From contig CALIWM010000189.1 in the NCBI GenBank assembly GCA_938046645.1, positions 36,892-100,891 on the forward strand: 64,000 nt of DNA. Reading direction: 5' to 3'. Origin of the DNA: an uncultured Gemella sp. GTDB lineage: Bacteria; Bacillota; Bacilli; Staphylococcales; Gemellaceae. The notes beneath the pieces are model-generated. The model had not been told where the DNA came from, ran no database searches, and saw only the letters and a list, made by a program, of their open reading frames with translations. Positions 51,816 through 61,104 of this stretch are shown here, piece by piece (positions within the stretch are counted from its first letter, which is position 1; every line of letters begins with the position of its first letter). Position numbers and translations under genes: made by a program.

Positions 51816-52031
51816 AACAACCTCTTTCTATTATTAAAAACAAATTACTTTAATTAATTATGTTACAAAATGTGATAAAACTAAATTCTTGTAATTTGAG
51901 TTGACTAGGCTCAAAGAAATTTTAGTTTTTTAATTCGATTAAAGTTTTATGTATCTTATTTTATAATTTATTTACAAAATGTCAAGAAGAAAAATATTGA
52001 CTTGTGATTATATCCATGATATTATATATCC

Positions 52032-52136
52032 AAATCCATAAAACAAAACTTTCTGATTTTTGAAATCAAATTGTTTTATTGATTATGTTACAACTTAAAA
52101 ACAAGAAGTGCTGGCCTGACCCCCAGTGCTTTTTTG
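52032..52136 (+). ncRNA. Candidate ~105-nt sRNA divergent from the rep-like gene
   Basis: TTGACT-17-TATTAT promoter with TG (51997-52025); internal hairpin; terminator AAGTGCTGG..CCAGTGCTTTTTT. Confidence 0.6.
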
Positions 52137-52279
52137 TTGTCTTTTAATGACTTTTCTCAAAATAAAATTAAATTATACTCTTGAAAAATTTGATAAATGA
52201 AATATAATTAATAGAAGAACTATATAATTCAATTAAATTGTTTTATTGGTTTTTACTTTTTTCTAAATAAAGAAAGGAA

Positions 52280-55200
52280 ATGTTATTATTCATGAAAAAT
52301 AACACAATGAAGAAAATTGGAATCCTAGTGGGTTCTACAGCAGCTATCGGAGCAACTGCTATTCCAAATGCTGCTCTTGTTGCAGCGGAAGAAGCTCAAA
52401 GCTATTCTGCACGAATTCAACCTGTGGACATCAATGGTAAAATCTTGGGAGAAGCAAAAAACTTGACTTCTGCTACTAATACTATTGAACTTCCAGAAAT
52501 TCAGGTGGGGAATATTAATTATGTGCCTAAAGTACATAAAGCTATTCAAACTGAGGGTAAAGTCTCAGAAACCAAAAACGTCACTTATGTACCAAAAGGA
52601 ATTGCTGTATCTTATGTTGGCCCAGATGGACAACTTTCTGGAACTGAGATGATTGAAGATGCGGATATGACACAAGAATACTTGCAAAAAGCTAAAGAAA
52701 ATGCTCGTAAGTTTGATGGTGTTGAAATTAGCCGTATTGAAAGTCGTCAAGGTGCAGAAGTTGGAAGTTCTGTCAATGCCAATAAAGAACTGGTTCTTAC
52801 TTATAAGAAATCAGAAGCAACTCCAACTACAGAAAGTGAAAACAAAAACGGGGAATACCGTTATCAACCTGTAGGTGTAGATGGTAACAAACTTGGTGAT
52901 TCTGTTCTTATTCACGCTGCTGGTAATGAAGTTGGTAAAAATGTTCATGTTGACTATCAACCAATTACAGTTAATGGTGTTGAATATGTACCTCGTGCAA
53001 CCAGTGCTGACTTAACTCTTGGAACTCGTAGTGAAACATTCAATGTCACTTACGTTCAAAATCGTTTCAAAGTCCGTTATGTTGATGCTAAAACTCGTCA
53101 AGAAATTGGTACTTCAAATGAGAAGTTCACTCCAGCTTTCAATGTAACTGGTGAGGCACTTTCTCAATTCGGTCAAAACAAACATGTTCCTGATTATACA
53201 TTTGCTGGTGCATATACAGAAGATGTAGCAGACAGTGACGACTTCACTAAAGTCCTTACAGTAGAGTATAACCAAGTTGAAGAAGATTCACTTGTTGACC
53301 CTAACCTGCAAGTACGTTTGTCAGAAACTCCAAGCTTCACATGGGATTTCAATAAATCTGGGGAAGAAAACGAAAAAAACCTGACAGACTTTAAGAACCG
53401 AGTTCTCAGTGCCATTCATGTATATGATGCTGACGGAAACGAAGTCAAAGATGCTCAAATCACTACTGCCGGCCTACGAAACGGTAAGTACGATAAAGCC
53501 GGACAAGTTTCTGTTAAAGTAACAGCTGCTAAAAATGGCAAGAAAACCGAGCAAATGTTTGTCTTTAATGTATCTACAGTAGAACTGACTGATGCAAATA
53601 AAACAAATATTAAGCCTATTAATCCTGTGCCCGTTCTAAACCCTAATGCTCTCCGTGATTTTGAGAAAGAAGATGTTGTTCAAGCAATGCGCCTTACTCA
53701 AAGCCTGAAAGAGGGTACTCAAATTACCGTGGATGACCAAGGTAATGTAACCTTTAAATTCCCAGACGACAGTTCTAAAACTGTTAATGGAACTGATGTG
53801 GTTGTTCAACGTGATAATGTTGCTCCTACTCTAAAGGTAAAAGAATCTAATATTACTCTTGAAGAGGGTAAGGCTGTAAATCCACTGGATAACGTGGAAG
53901 TCACAGACGACCAAAATCAAAAACCTGATGTTAAGATTACGGATAATGGTGGTATGGACTTTAATAACCCAACTCCGGGAACATATCTGGTAGTGGTAGA
54001 AGCTACTGACCGTTATGGCGAAAAAGTCCAAGCAACTATGACCTACACAATTACCCCTAAAGTCAATATTCCTCAATTTAACGTTGCTCAAAAAGATGTA
54101 ACCATTACTGAGGGTACGGACATTGACTTGCTTGAGGGTGTGACTGCTTCTGATAAAGAAGATGGTGACTTGACATCTAAGATTCATATTGTTTCTAACG
54201 GTGGTCTTGATGTTAATAAACCGGGTCAATATGTGGTACGTTATGAAGTTGAAGATAGTGAGGGTCATACAAATTCTATGGAACGTGTGATTACAGTAGT
54301 TGCCAAAACAACTCCTGCACCAAATCCTAATCCAACCCCTACACCCACTCCAACTCCTGACCCAACACCACAACCTCAGCCAAAACCAAATGAAAAACCA
54401 AAACTGGATATTAAATATAAAGAATTTAGTACCGTTGTGGGTACTGCCTTGAATGTCCGTGGTAACATTACTACCGCTTATGACATGGAAGACGGTGCTG
54501 GTCTCTCTAAGGTTGTAATTAATGCTGAGGGTGCGCGTGAAACTGAAAGCGGCTATATCTGGTCTGCTCCGGGTACATATACTGTAACTTACTCTCTGAC
54601 AGATTCCAACGGAGAAACGACTACTGTTTCTATGAAAGTGACTGTTAAAGATAAGCCAGTTATTACAGCTACTCAAAATGTTACAGTCTTTAAAGGCTCT
54701 ACTGTTCAAGATTTGATTGCATCTGCTAACGCTCTTGCGTTTGATGGGGTTGGAAATCCACTTCCACCAAAATTGGAGGGCGTGTATGACCTGAATACTC
54801 CGGGTACATATAACGTAGAATTTGTTGCAACATCTGCTGACGGTGTAGATGCGCGTGTTCCTGTAACAATCACTGTAATTGAAGCTCCTGCCAAGGGTGT
54901 GGTAATTCTGGCTAATGATACTTACTCAACCACTGTAGGAAATCCACTGGATATTCTCAGCTCAGTTCAAGTGTCTAAAGACGGCCGAGTTCTATCAAAT
55001 GCTGAAGTTGCGCGTGTTACTCGTATTACTGGTAATGTAGACTGGAATACACCGGGTGTTTATACACAACGGATTGAAGTAACGATTGACGGCAAGACTT
55101 ACAGTAAGGACATTGGCGTTGAGGTGCTTTCATTCCAGCAAGCAAAAGAACGTAGTAACTCTATTGCAGGCTCAAATAACATTGAGACACAAGCAGTAGA

Positions 55201-55357
55201 CCAAGGTGAAAAGGTTGGAGCTGGTAAAGGCCTGACTGACACTGCTGCACTTGCTCATGTAAACAGCAATGCCCCTTGGTATGCTAGTCTGCCACTTGTA
55301 GGCGGCGCTGTAGGTGTTATTGCTGCTATGAAACGCAAGAAGCTGAAAGCTAAATAA
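52280..55357 (+). CDS. Surface protein with multiple Ig-like (DUF5011/HYR-like) repeats, Pro-Thr linker and atypical sorting signal
   Basis: Signal peptide; repeated PG.Y.V motifs; ASDKEDGDLT; PNPTPTPTP; C-terminal LTDTA, hydrophobic stretch and KRKKLKAK. Confidence 0.8.
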   Translation: MLLFMKNNTMKKIGILVGSTAAIGATAIPNAALVAAEEAQSYSARIQPVDINGKILGEAKNLTSATNTIELPEIQVGNINYVPKVHKAIQTEGKVSETKNVTYVPKGIAVSYVGPDGQLSGTEMIEDADMTQEYLQKAKENARKFDGVEISRIESRQGAEVGSSVNANKELVLTYKKSEATPTTESENKNGEYRYQPVGVDGNKLGDSVLIHAAGNEVGKNVHVDYQPITVNGVEYVPRATSADLTLGTRSETFNVTYVQNRFKVRYVDAKTRQEIGTSNEKFTPAFNVTGEALSQFGQNKHVPDYTFAGAYTEDVADSDDFTKVLTVEYNQVEEDSLVDPNLQVRLSETPSFTWDFNKSGEENEKNLTDFKNRVLSAIHVYDADGNEVKDAQITTAGLRNGKYDKAGQVSVKVTAAKNGKKTEQMFVFNVSTVELTDANKTNIKPINPVPVLNPNALRDFEKEDVVQAMRLTQSLKEGTQITVDDQGNVTFKFPDDSSKTVNGTDVVVQRDNVAPTLKVKESNITLEEGKAVNPLDNVEVTDDQNQKPDVKITDNGGMDFNNPTPGTYLVVVEATDRYGEKVQATMTYTITPKVNIPQFNVAQKDVTITEGTDIDLLEGVTASDKEDGDLTSKIHIVSNGGLDVNKPGQYVVRYEVEDSEGHTNSMERVITVVAKTTPAPNPNPTPTPTPTPDPTPQPQPKPNEKPKLDIKYKEFSTVVGTALNVRGNITTAYDMEDGAGLSKVVINAEGARETESGYIWSAPGTYTVTYSLTDSNGETTTVSMKVTVKDKPVITATQNVTVFKGSTVQDLIASANALAFDGVGNPLPPKLEGVYDLNTPGTYNVEFVATSADGVDARVPVTITVIEAPAKGVVILANDTYSTTVGNPLDILSSVQVSKDGRVLSNAEVARVTRITGNVDWNTPGVYTQRIEVTIDGKTYSKDIGVEVLSFQQAKERSNSIAGSNNIETQAVDQGEKVGAGKGLTDTAALAHVNSNAPWYASLPLVGGAVGVIAAMKRKKLKAK

Positions 55358-55420
55358 GTTAAATCTTGAAATTAAGGTCTGATTAATTAAGTTTAATCAG
55401 GCTTTTTTAAATTTTTGTCT

Positions 55421-55454
55421 TATAATATTCTTTGTAAGATTTTATTTTTACAAT
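55421..55454 (+). promoter_or_regulatory. TATAAT-N6-TGTAA..TTACA motif copy
   Basis: TATAAT ATTCTT TGTAAG ... TTTTACAAT. Confidence 0.75.
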
Positions 55455-55502
55455 TAAATATTATTTTTTAACAACTTAATTAAAGAAAGGAGACATAAAG
55501 TT

Positions 55503-56276
55503 ATGTCTAAAATCAAAGAAATCAAACCAAGTACAATTAAAAGAGCATTACGCCTGCACGAAGAGTGGCTGGAGTATAATGACCTTTGTGACCCAGATTT
55601 GCCCAAAGGTAGAGAAATTGTTCTCACGAATGAAATCATCCAAAAGATAGGTTTTATAAACAATAATTTGTTTGCAGGTGCTAATTTAAGGAATTTAGAT
55701 GCCTCTAATCTTGATTTTTCTGGAAAATATTTTTTCGGTGTTAATTTTAGTGGAACAAATTTTGAGGGAGCTAATTTCGAAAACTCTAATTTTGAGGGTC
55801 TTATGGCAGATTCTTCTAAGTTCAATGCTACGAATTTTTGTTACGCAAACTTCACAAACGCAAATTTTGCAAAAAGCTGTTTTACATGTGCAAGTTTTGT
55901 AAGTGCTTATTTCACTAACGCTGTTTTCCACAATACAATCTTTAAAGACACTAACTTTAACAGTGCTGATTTTAAATATTCTCGATTTAGGGATGTTGAG
56001 TTTGACAATGCTGTCTTTGATGGAATTCAATTAAAACACGCTATTACAGAAGGTCTTCTAGGCTTCCAAGTCGTTTCTTGCCAACTAAACAGCTCAGAAC
56101 AAAATCGAATTGTTCAATATTGGCCAAAACTTGATATTGTAACTACCGGATGCTTCTCTGGAACAATGGAAGAACTGAAAGCAGCAATCAAAAAGACGCA
56201 CAAACACAGACCCGAAATTCGTAAAAAATATAATCTAGCAATAGATTATATTGAAACTATGGTAAAACTTGGTTAA
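55503..56276 (+). CDS. Pentapeptide repeat protein 1
   Basis: A(N/D)F/L pentapeptide repeats; KRALRLHEEWL N-cap; QYWP..TGCFSG C-domain. Confidence 0.9.
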   Translation: MSKIKEIKPSTIKRALRLHEEWLEYNDLCDPDLPKGREIVLTNEIIQKIGFINNNLFAGANLRNLDASNLDFSGKYFFGVNFSGTNFEGANFENSNFEGLMADSSKFNATNFCYANFTNANFAKSCFTCASFVSAYFTNAVFHNTIFKDTNFNSADFKYSRFRDVEFDNAVFDGIQLKHAITEGLLGFQVVSCQLNSSEQNRIVQYWPKLDIVTTGCFSGTMEELKAAIKKTHKHRPEIRKKYNLAIDYIETMVKLG

Positions 56277-56297
56277 ATTTTCACAACATATAACATT

Positions 56298-56334
56298 AAA
56301 CACCTTGGAACATTTCAGTTCCGGGTGTTTTTTT
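56298..56334 (+). terminator. AAACACC..GGTGTTTTT terminator family (related hairpins near 16928, 20706, 57660, 59021, 60599, 61396, 62732, 63709)
   Basis: Recurrent hairpin with the same stem and a variable loop. Confidence 0.7.
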
Positions 56335-56355
56335 ATTTTCTTATTGAAATAATGG

Positions 56356-56385
56356 TATAATAGTAATTGTAAATTATTTTACAAT
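56356..56385 (+). promoter_or_regulatory. TATAAT-N6-TGTAA..TTACA motif copy
   Basis: TATAAT AGTAAT TGTAAA TTATT TTACAAT. Confidence 0.75.
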
Positions 56386-56429
56386 AAAATATATTGTTTT
56401 ATAAGAAATAAGAAAGGAGATGTGGACTT

Positions 56430-57644
56430 ATGACCCATATCAAAGAAATTAAAGAAAGTACAGTAAAACGTGCATTACGATTACATCAGCAATGGCTTGA
56501 TTCTGAGAGAAGAAAAGGACGGCAACTCATTGTAACTGATGAAATTGTCAATAAACTAAACTTCGAGAAAATCAAGGATTTTTCAGGAGCAAATTTCAGT
56601 CAAGCTAATTTTTCCTATGCCGATTTCTCAGAAAAAGACATGAGGGAAATGAACTTCAAGGGAGCTATTTTTAAACAGACTAACTTTAGTAACACTATTT
56701 TCTTTGAGGTTGTCTTTGATGGCAGCAACTTTGAAAACTGTGATTTCTCTGAGGCGAATTTTGAATCAACTAACTTTGAAGACACTTCATTCTCTAACTG
56801 CATTTTTAATAAATCTAAGTTCATCAAGACCATGTTTATAAAAACTTTTTTCTATTGCTTGATTGCTAAGAAAGCTCAGTTTAAAGAATGTGATTTTGAC
56901 AAGGCTCGGTTTACATATGCTGATTTTAGCTTTTCTGATTTTTCTGAAACAGATTTTTCTAAATCAACGTATACTGACACTTGTTTTGATTATATTGATT
57001 GTAGCTGGATGGAAATGGTAGATGCTGTATTTACTGGTATTAACTTTAATCAGTGCAGCTTTAAACAAGCCAACTTTTCTCACATTAAGGCCATGAATAT
57101 CAAGTTTGATAGAGCTTATGTCACTTTTTGTGATTTCAGTGATGCGACATTTAAAGGTACAAATCTTTCATTCTCTAATTTTTATAGAAGCAGCTTTTCT
57201 TTGAATCTCATTAAAAATGTTGATTTCAGGGGAGTTGATTTGTCAAAAACTAATTTTCTATCAACTAAATTAATAGACATTCAAGTATATTCTTCAATGT
57301 TTGATGGTTGTAATCTAAAATCAAGTGTTTTTGATGAAATGTATATCAGTCAAATTGATATTAAAAAGTCATCTTTTGATGGTCTTGTTCTGGGTGATAA
57401 TAAGGTTCATTCAACATTTGGATTACCTGTTGTTAGCTGCCAAATGCCTGATACAGATTCTTTTGAAACTATGGTAACAATTCAATACTGGCCATTTCTT
57501 CATTTGATTGCGACAAAAAACTTCTGTGGTTCTCTGGAAGACTTTGAAGTTCTTGTTGAGGAAAATAAGGAAAAAGATGCTGTTCTATACGAAAATTTGA
57601 AAGCAACTTTGGATTATATTAAGGCTGTTGCTCGATTGTCTTAA
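56430..57644 (+). CDS. Pentapeptide repeat protein 2
   Basis: Same N-cap and QYWP C-domain; longer repeat tract. Confidence 0.9.
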   Translation: MTHIKEIKESTVKRALRLHQQWLDSERRKGRQLIVTDEIVNKLNFEKIKDFSGANFSQANFSYADFSEKDMREMNFKGAIFKQTNFSNTIFFEVVFDGSNFENCDFSEANFESTNFEDTSFSNCIFNKSKFIKTMFIKTFFYCLIAKKAQFKECDFDKARFTYADFSFSDFSETDFSKSTYTDTCFDYIDCSWMEMVDAVFTGINFNQCSFKQANFSHIKAMNIKFDRAYVTFCDFSDATFKGTNLSFSNFYRSSFSLNLIKNVDFRGVDLSKTNFLSTKLIDIQVYSSMFDGCNLKSSVFDEMYISQIDIKKSSFDGLVLGDNKVHSTFGLPVVSCQMPDTDSFETMVTIQYWPFLHLIATKNFCGSLEDFEVLVEENKEKDAVLYENLKATLDYIKAVARLS

Positions 57645-57706
57645 TTTTTATACATTAATAAAACACCTAGTGCTTCTGGGTGTTTTTGTTTTTTAAAATT
57701 TACCTT

Positions 57707-57744
57707 TATAATATTTTCTGTAAAATATTTATTTAATTTACAAT
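57707..57744 (+). promoter_or_regulatory. TATAAT-N6-TGTAA..TTACA motif copy
   Basis: TATAAT ATTTTC TGTAAA ... TTTACAAT. Confidence 0.75.
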
Positions 57745-57783
57745 TATTATTTTAAAAATTTACTAAAAGAAAGGAGATATGTA

Positions 57784-59004
57784 ATGTCACATATCAAGAC
57801 TATCAAACAAAGTACCATCAACAGAGCATTGTTGCTTCATCAAGAATGGCTTGAAACACAAGGAAGAAAAGGTAAAAGATTAGTCGTTACAAACCATATC
57901 GTCAAACACATTGACTTTAGTGTTATTAATGATTTCTCATATGCAGATTTTAGTTATGCTGACTTTTCAAAGCTTAATCTAATGCGCGTGGATTTGTCTG
58001 GATTAAATTTTATTAAAGCGAAATTTAGTAATGCAATTTTCTCTAGGGCAAGATTCTATGAATGTAACTTTGATGATTGTATCTTCCAAGATGTTGATTT
58101 CACTGGTGTGAAAATGGATAGAACTGTATTTACACATTCAACATTTAACAGATGCAGCTTCTTGTTTGCTGTGTTCAATAAAGCTAATTTTAATAAAGCT
58201 GATTTTAGATATGTTCACTTTAATGAATTAATCGCAATGAATGCCAAAATCAATGATTGTGATTTCTCTGAGGCTAACTTCTCTTATTCATACTTTTCCT
58301 TTGCAGACTTTAGCTATGCCCATTTTGACAGCACTTCTTTTGAAAAGGCATTGTTCTGTTATACTTATTTTAATCAAATGAGTTTGGAAAAAGCGCATTT
58401 GTTTAGATGCGATTTTCATCAAACAGATTTTTCTTATTCAAATTTTACGGAAGCAAATTTTAAAGCCCTATATGTCTATAGAAGTAATTTTAGTTTTGTT
58501 AAGTTTTTAGAAACTTCTTTTGCGAACGCTGATTTTAACAGCATTTATATTGATGAAAGCAATCTTTCTAACTCTGATTTTTCTAAGGCATGTTTCCTTG
58601 GTGCAATTTTCACAAAAGGTCGAGTTAAAAACTCTGTATTTGGAAATCTATGTCTAAGTGATATAGATGTAACTTTTGTAACTGCTAAATGTATGATTTT
58701 TGATAATAATTTAGTTATTGATAATCTGTACAACGAAGAGAAACTAAAATACATTGATACTACTGGAAGTGTTGGTTTCCCTCTTGCGGCTCATAAACTA
58801 GAAAAACAAGACCTAACATTATTTGATGACACTATTCAGTATTGGCCTAGAATAAATATCATTACTGGTAAAAATTTCTCTGGAACTATAGAAAGTTTCA
58901 AAGATTACTTTATCAACAACGAAAAAGATGAAATCAAAAAGAAAAAATATGAATTGACTTTATCTTACATTAAGGCTATGGCTGAATTAGATGGATTTGT
59001 TTGA
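57784..59004 (+). CDS. Pentapeptide repeat protein 3
   Basis: Same N-cap and QYWP C-domain. Confidence 0.9.
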   Translation: MSHIKTIKQSTINRALLLHQEWLETQGRKGKRLVVTNHIVKHIDFSVINDFSYADFSYADFSKLNLMRVDLSGLNFIKAKFSNAIFSRARFYECNFDDCIFQDVDFTGVKMDRTVFTHSTFNRCSFLFAVFNKANFNKADFRYVHFNELIAMNAKINDCDFSEANFSYSYFSFADFSYAHFDSTSFEKALFCYTYFNQMSLEKAHLFRCDFHQTDFSYSNFTEANFKALYVYRSNFSFVKFLETSFANADFNSIYIDESNLSNSDFSKACFLGAIFTKGRVKNSVFGNLCLSDIDVTFVTAKCMIFDNNLVIDNLYNEEKLKYIDTTGSVGFPLAAHKLEKQDLTLFDDTIQYWPRINIITGKNFSGTIESFKDYFINNEKDEIKKKKYELTLSYIKAMAELDGFV

Positions 59005-59193
59005 GCAATTTAATTTAATTAAAACATCTGGTATATTTCACTAGGTGTTTTTTGTTTGTGATGTCCATTCTTAGTGTTTACAAATAATAAAAAATGAACT
59101 ATAATAGTAATACAAGAACTCGAAAAGCTCCCTCTAATCAATTTTTACAAAAATTTGGTTAGATAGTTTGAGAGGCCTTTTTTGTTTTCAGTA

Positions 59194-59224
59194 TATAATA
59201 TTCCATGTAAAACATTTTTACAAT
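59194..59224 (+). promoter_or_regulatory. TATAAT-N6-TGTAA..TTACA motif copy
   Basis: TATAAT ATTCCA TGTAAA ACATTT TTACAAT. Confidence 0.75.
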
Positions 59225-59254
59225 ATTATATTTAATTTTAAGGAGGGTCACACT

Positions 59255-60100
59255 ATGACCAAAAACACAAACAATACTCAACTTGCAGGATATGAAGAAT
59301 TCATTCGGTCACTTGAAAAAATTGGAGAAGCTTTGTTGATAAAGTATGATTTAGCCTATGAAAACAGTGAAATCATTACAGAAATAAACAACAAAGATGA
59401 AGCTGTTGATATGGTTATCTGTGCAGCAGATGAAAATGGAACACGCGCCAATACTTTTGGACGAATCAATCTCAAAGACCTTTATAAGCAGGTTCAGGTT
59501 GAATTGATGAAGAAAATAGTTTTAAATTTAAATGGTTTTGAACCGGGTGAGGAATTTGATTGCTTTTGGGATGAAGATGATTATGATATGACAGAAGATG
59601 AATTTATGGCCACCTTAGTAGAAGCCCAGAAAACATTCAATGCAAAAGCTGACCATATTTTACAAGATGCTGAAATTCTTTCTGAAATTACAGGAATCCC
59701 AGAAAATACAGATAAATCTATTCGAGAAATCACAAAAGCTTACGTTAATTTTTTTGCGAAAGAATACAAGTATTTCGACCAAGACGTTTCTTTTTCTCCA
59801 AATGGTTTTACGGTAGTTGCTGTCTATCAATGCCCAGAAGATTCCGGCATGAAAAATATTAGATACGAAATCAATATCAATGTTAATCTAATTATCACTA
59901 AAGCACTTTGTTCAAAAATCGCTCATGAAGACATTATGGATTTTGTTTCAAAAGAAATTCGGCAACAGTTAAAAACTGGCTTAAATGACTTCCCCACAGA
60001 AGAATGGTTCAACGCCTTGAAAGTGAAAGGGTTTATACTCAAAGAAACCTTTGTTAAAGTTGAAAAGTTTTTCAAAAAGATTGCTGAGGAAATTGTTTGA
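59255..60100 (+). CDS. Acidic hypothetical protein
   Basis: Likely start MTKNT at 59255 after AAGGAGG. Confidence 0.65.
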   Translation: MTKNTNNTQLAGYEEFIRSLEKIGEALLIKYDLAYENSEIITEINNKDEAVDMVICAADENGTRANTFGRINLKDLYKQVQVELMKKIVLNLNGFEPGEEFDCFWDEDDYDMTEDEFMATLVEAQKTFNAKADHILQDAEILSEITGIPENTDKSIREITKAYVNFFAKEYKYFDQDVSFSPNGFTVVAVYQCPEDSGMKNIRYEININVNLIITKALCSKIAHEDIMDFVSKEIRQQLKTGLNDFPTEEWFNALKVKGFILKETFVKVEKFFKKIAEEIV

Positions 60101-60140
60101 TTTTATGAATAAAAAAGTCCTTTCAAGGGCTTTTTTGTTT

Positions 60141-60174
60141 TATAATAAAAGATGTAAAACTTTTTATTTTACAA
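60141..60174 (+). promoter_or_regulatory. TATAAT-N6-TGTAA..TTACA motif copy
   Basis: TATAAT AAAAGA TGTAAA ... TTTTACAA. Confidence 0.75.
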
Positions 60175-60214
60175 ATATATTATTTTTATTTAATTTCAGA
60201 AAGGAGTATTTGAC

Positions 60215-60586
60215 ATGAAGACAAATACAAACAAAAAAGCCAAGAAGATGCAGATTTTCTTTATCCAACATCAGCAATTGAAAACTGACGTATTTACGGA
60301 TGCAATTGAAGACGGGGATTACGTTCATTTTAAGAAACATAAAATTCTTGATTCGTATGAACATATTTGGAACAAAAAAGACCTTGGGGTTGTAGTAGAG
60401 AACATCTTTTCTATTGATGCCCATGTTGCTTTTTATGAAAGTGAAAACATGTCCGAAAAAGCTGCTGAGTTATTGCTGGAACATCTTGAAAAACGAAAAG
60501 TTCAAGAAGAAGAGCATCACAAAAAGGTTCTGGAAGATATTGAAAAGTTGAAAAAAGACTTGAATAACAAATCTTTCAAGAAATAA
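60215..60586 (+). CDS. Orphan paralog family B, copy 1
   Basis: TNT.KK..Q.F...VF.DAI...LG.V...FS..A.VAF.E...KA.ELL.EHL shared with next ORF. Confidence 0.7.
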   Translation: MKTNTNKKAKKMQIFFIQHQQLKTDVFTDAIEDGDYVHFKKHKILDSYEHIWNKKDLGVVVENIFSIDAHVAFYESENMSEKAAELLLEHLEKRKVQEEEHHKKVLEDIEKLKKDLNNKSFKK

Positions 60587-60628
60587 CCTTAACCTTTTGA
60601 AACACCTAATATTAGGTGTTTTTTATTT

Positions 60629-60662
60629 TATAATATCTTTTGTAAAATATTCATTTTACAAT
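60629..60662 (+). promoter_or_regulatory. TATAAT-N6-TGTAA..TTACA motif copy
   Basis: TATAAT ATCTTT TGTAAA ... TTTTACAAT. Confidence 0.75.
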
Positions 60663-60695
60663 TAGTTTAATTTTATATATTATGTTGAGAAAGGG

Positions 60696-61082
60696 GTGTT
60701 TGACGTTATGACAGGAACAAACACTAAAAACAAGAAGCTACAATTGTTTTCCTTGAAGAAAGGGGAATTACATATTGAAGTATTTTCTGATGCTATATCA
60801 AACAAAGGTTACATCCTCTTCAATAAGGTCGAAGTGGGAGATTGCAGCATGTTTGAGGGCAATTTGTTGGAATCTCATCTTGGGAAAGTTGATTCTGATT
60901 TATTTTCAGCCAATGCGCGTGTCGCATTTTTTGAGGAAGAAGATGCAACCAAAAAGGCTATTGAATTACTGGAAGAACATTTGAAAAACTACAAGAAGAA
61001 AGAGGAGGAAGAACACCAAAATAACCTTAAATACATTCAGGCCTTGGAAAACGACTTGAATAAACACATGTGGTTAATTTGA
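60696..61082 (+). CDS. Orphan paralog family B, copy 2 (start may be ATG 60708)
   Basis: Visible similarity to 60215..60586. Confidence 0.7.
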   Translation: MFDVMTGTNTKNKKLQLFSLKKGELHIEVFSDAISNKGYILFNKVEVGDCSMFEGNLLESHLGKVDSDLFSANARVAFFEEEDATKKAIELLEEHLKNYKKKEEEEHQNNLKYIQALENDLNKHMWLI

Positions 61083-61104
61083 ATACTGAAAAAACACCTA
61101 ATAA

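Noticed and set aside
54310..54390. CCAACC/CCT-type short repeats
   Set aside because: Encode the Pro-Thr/Pro-Gln linker of the surface protein
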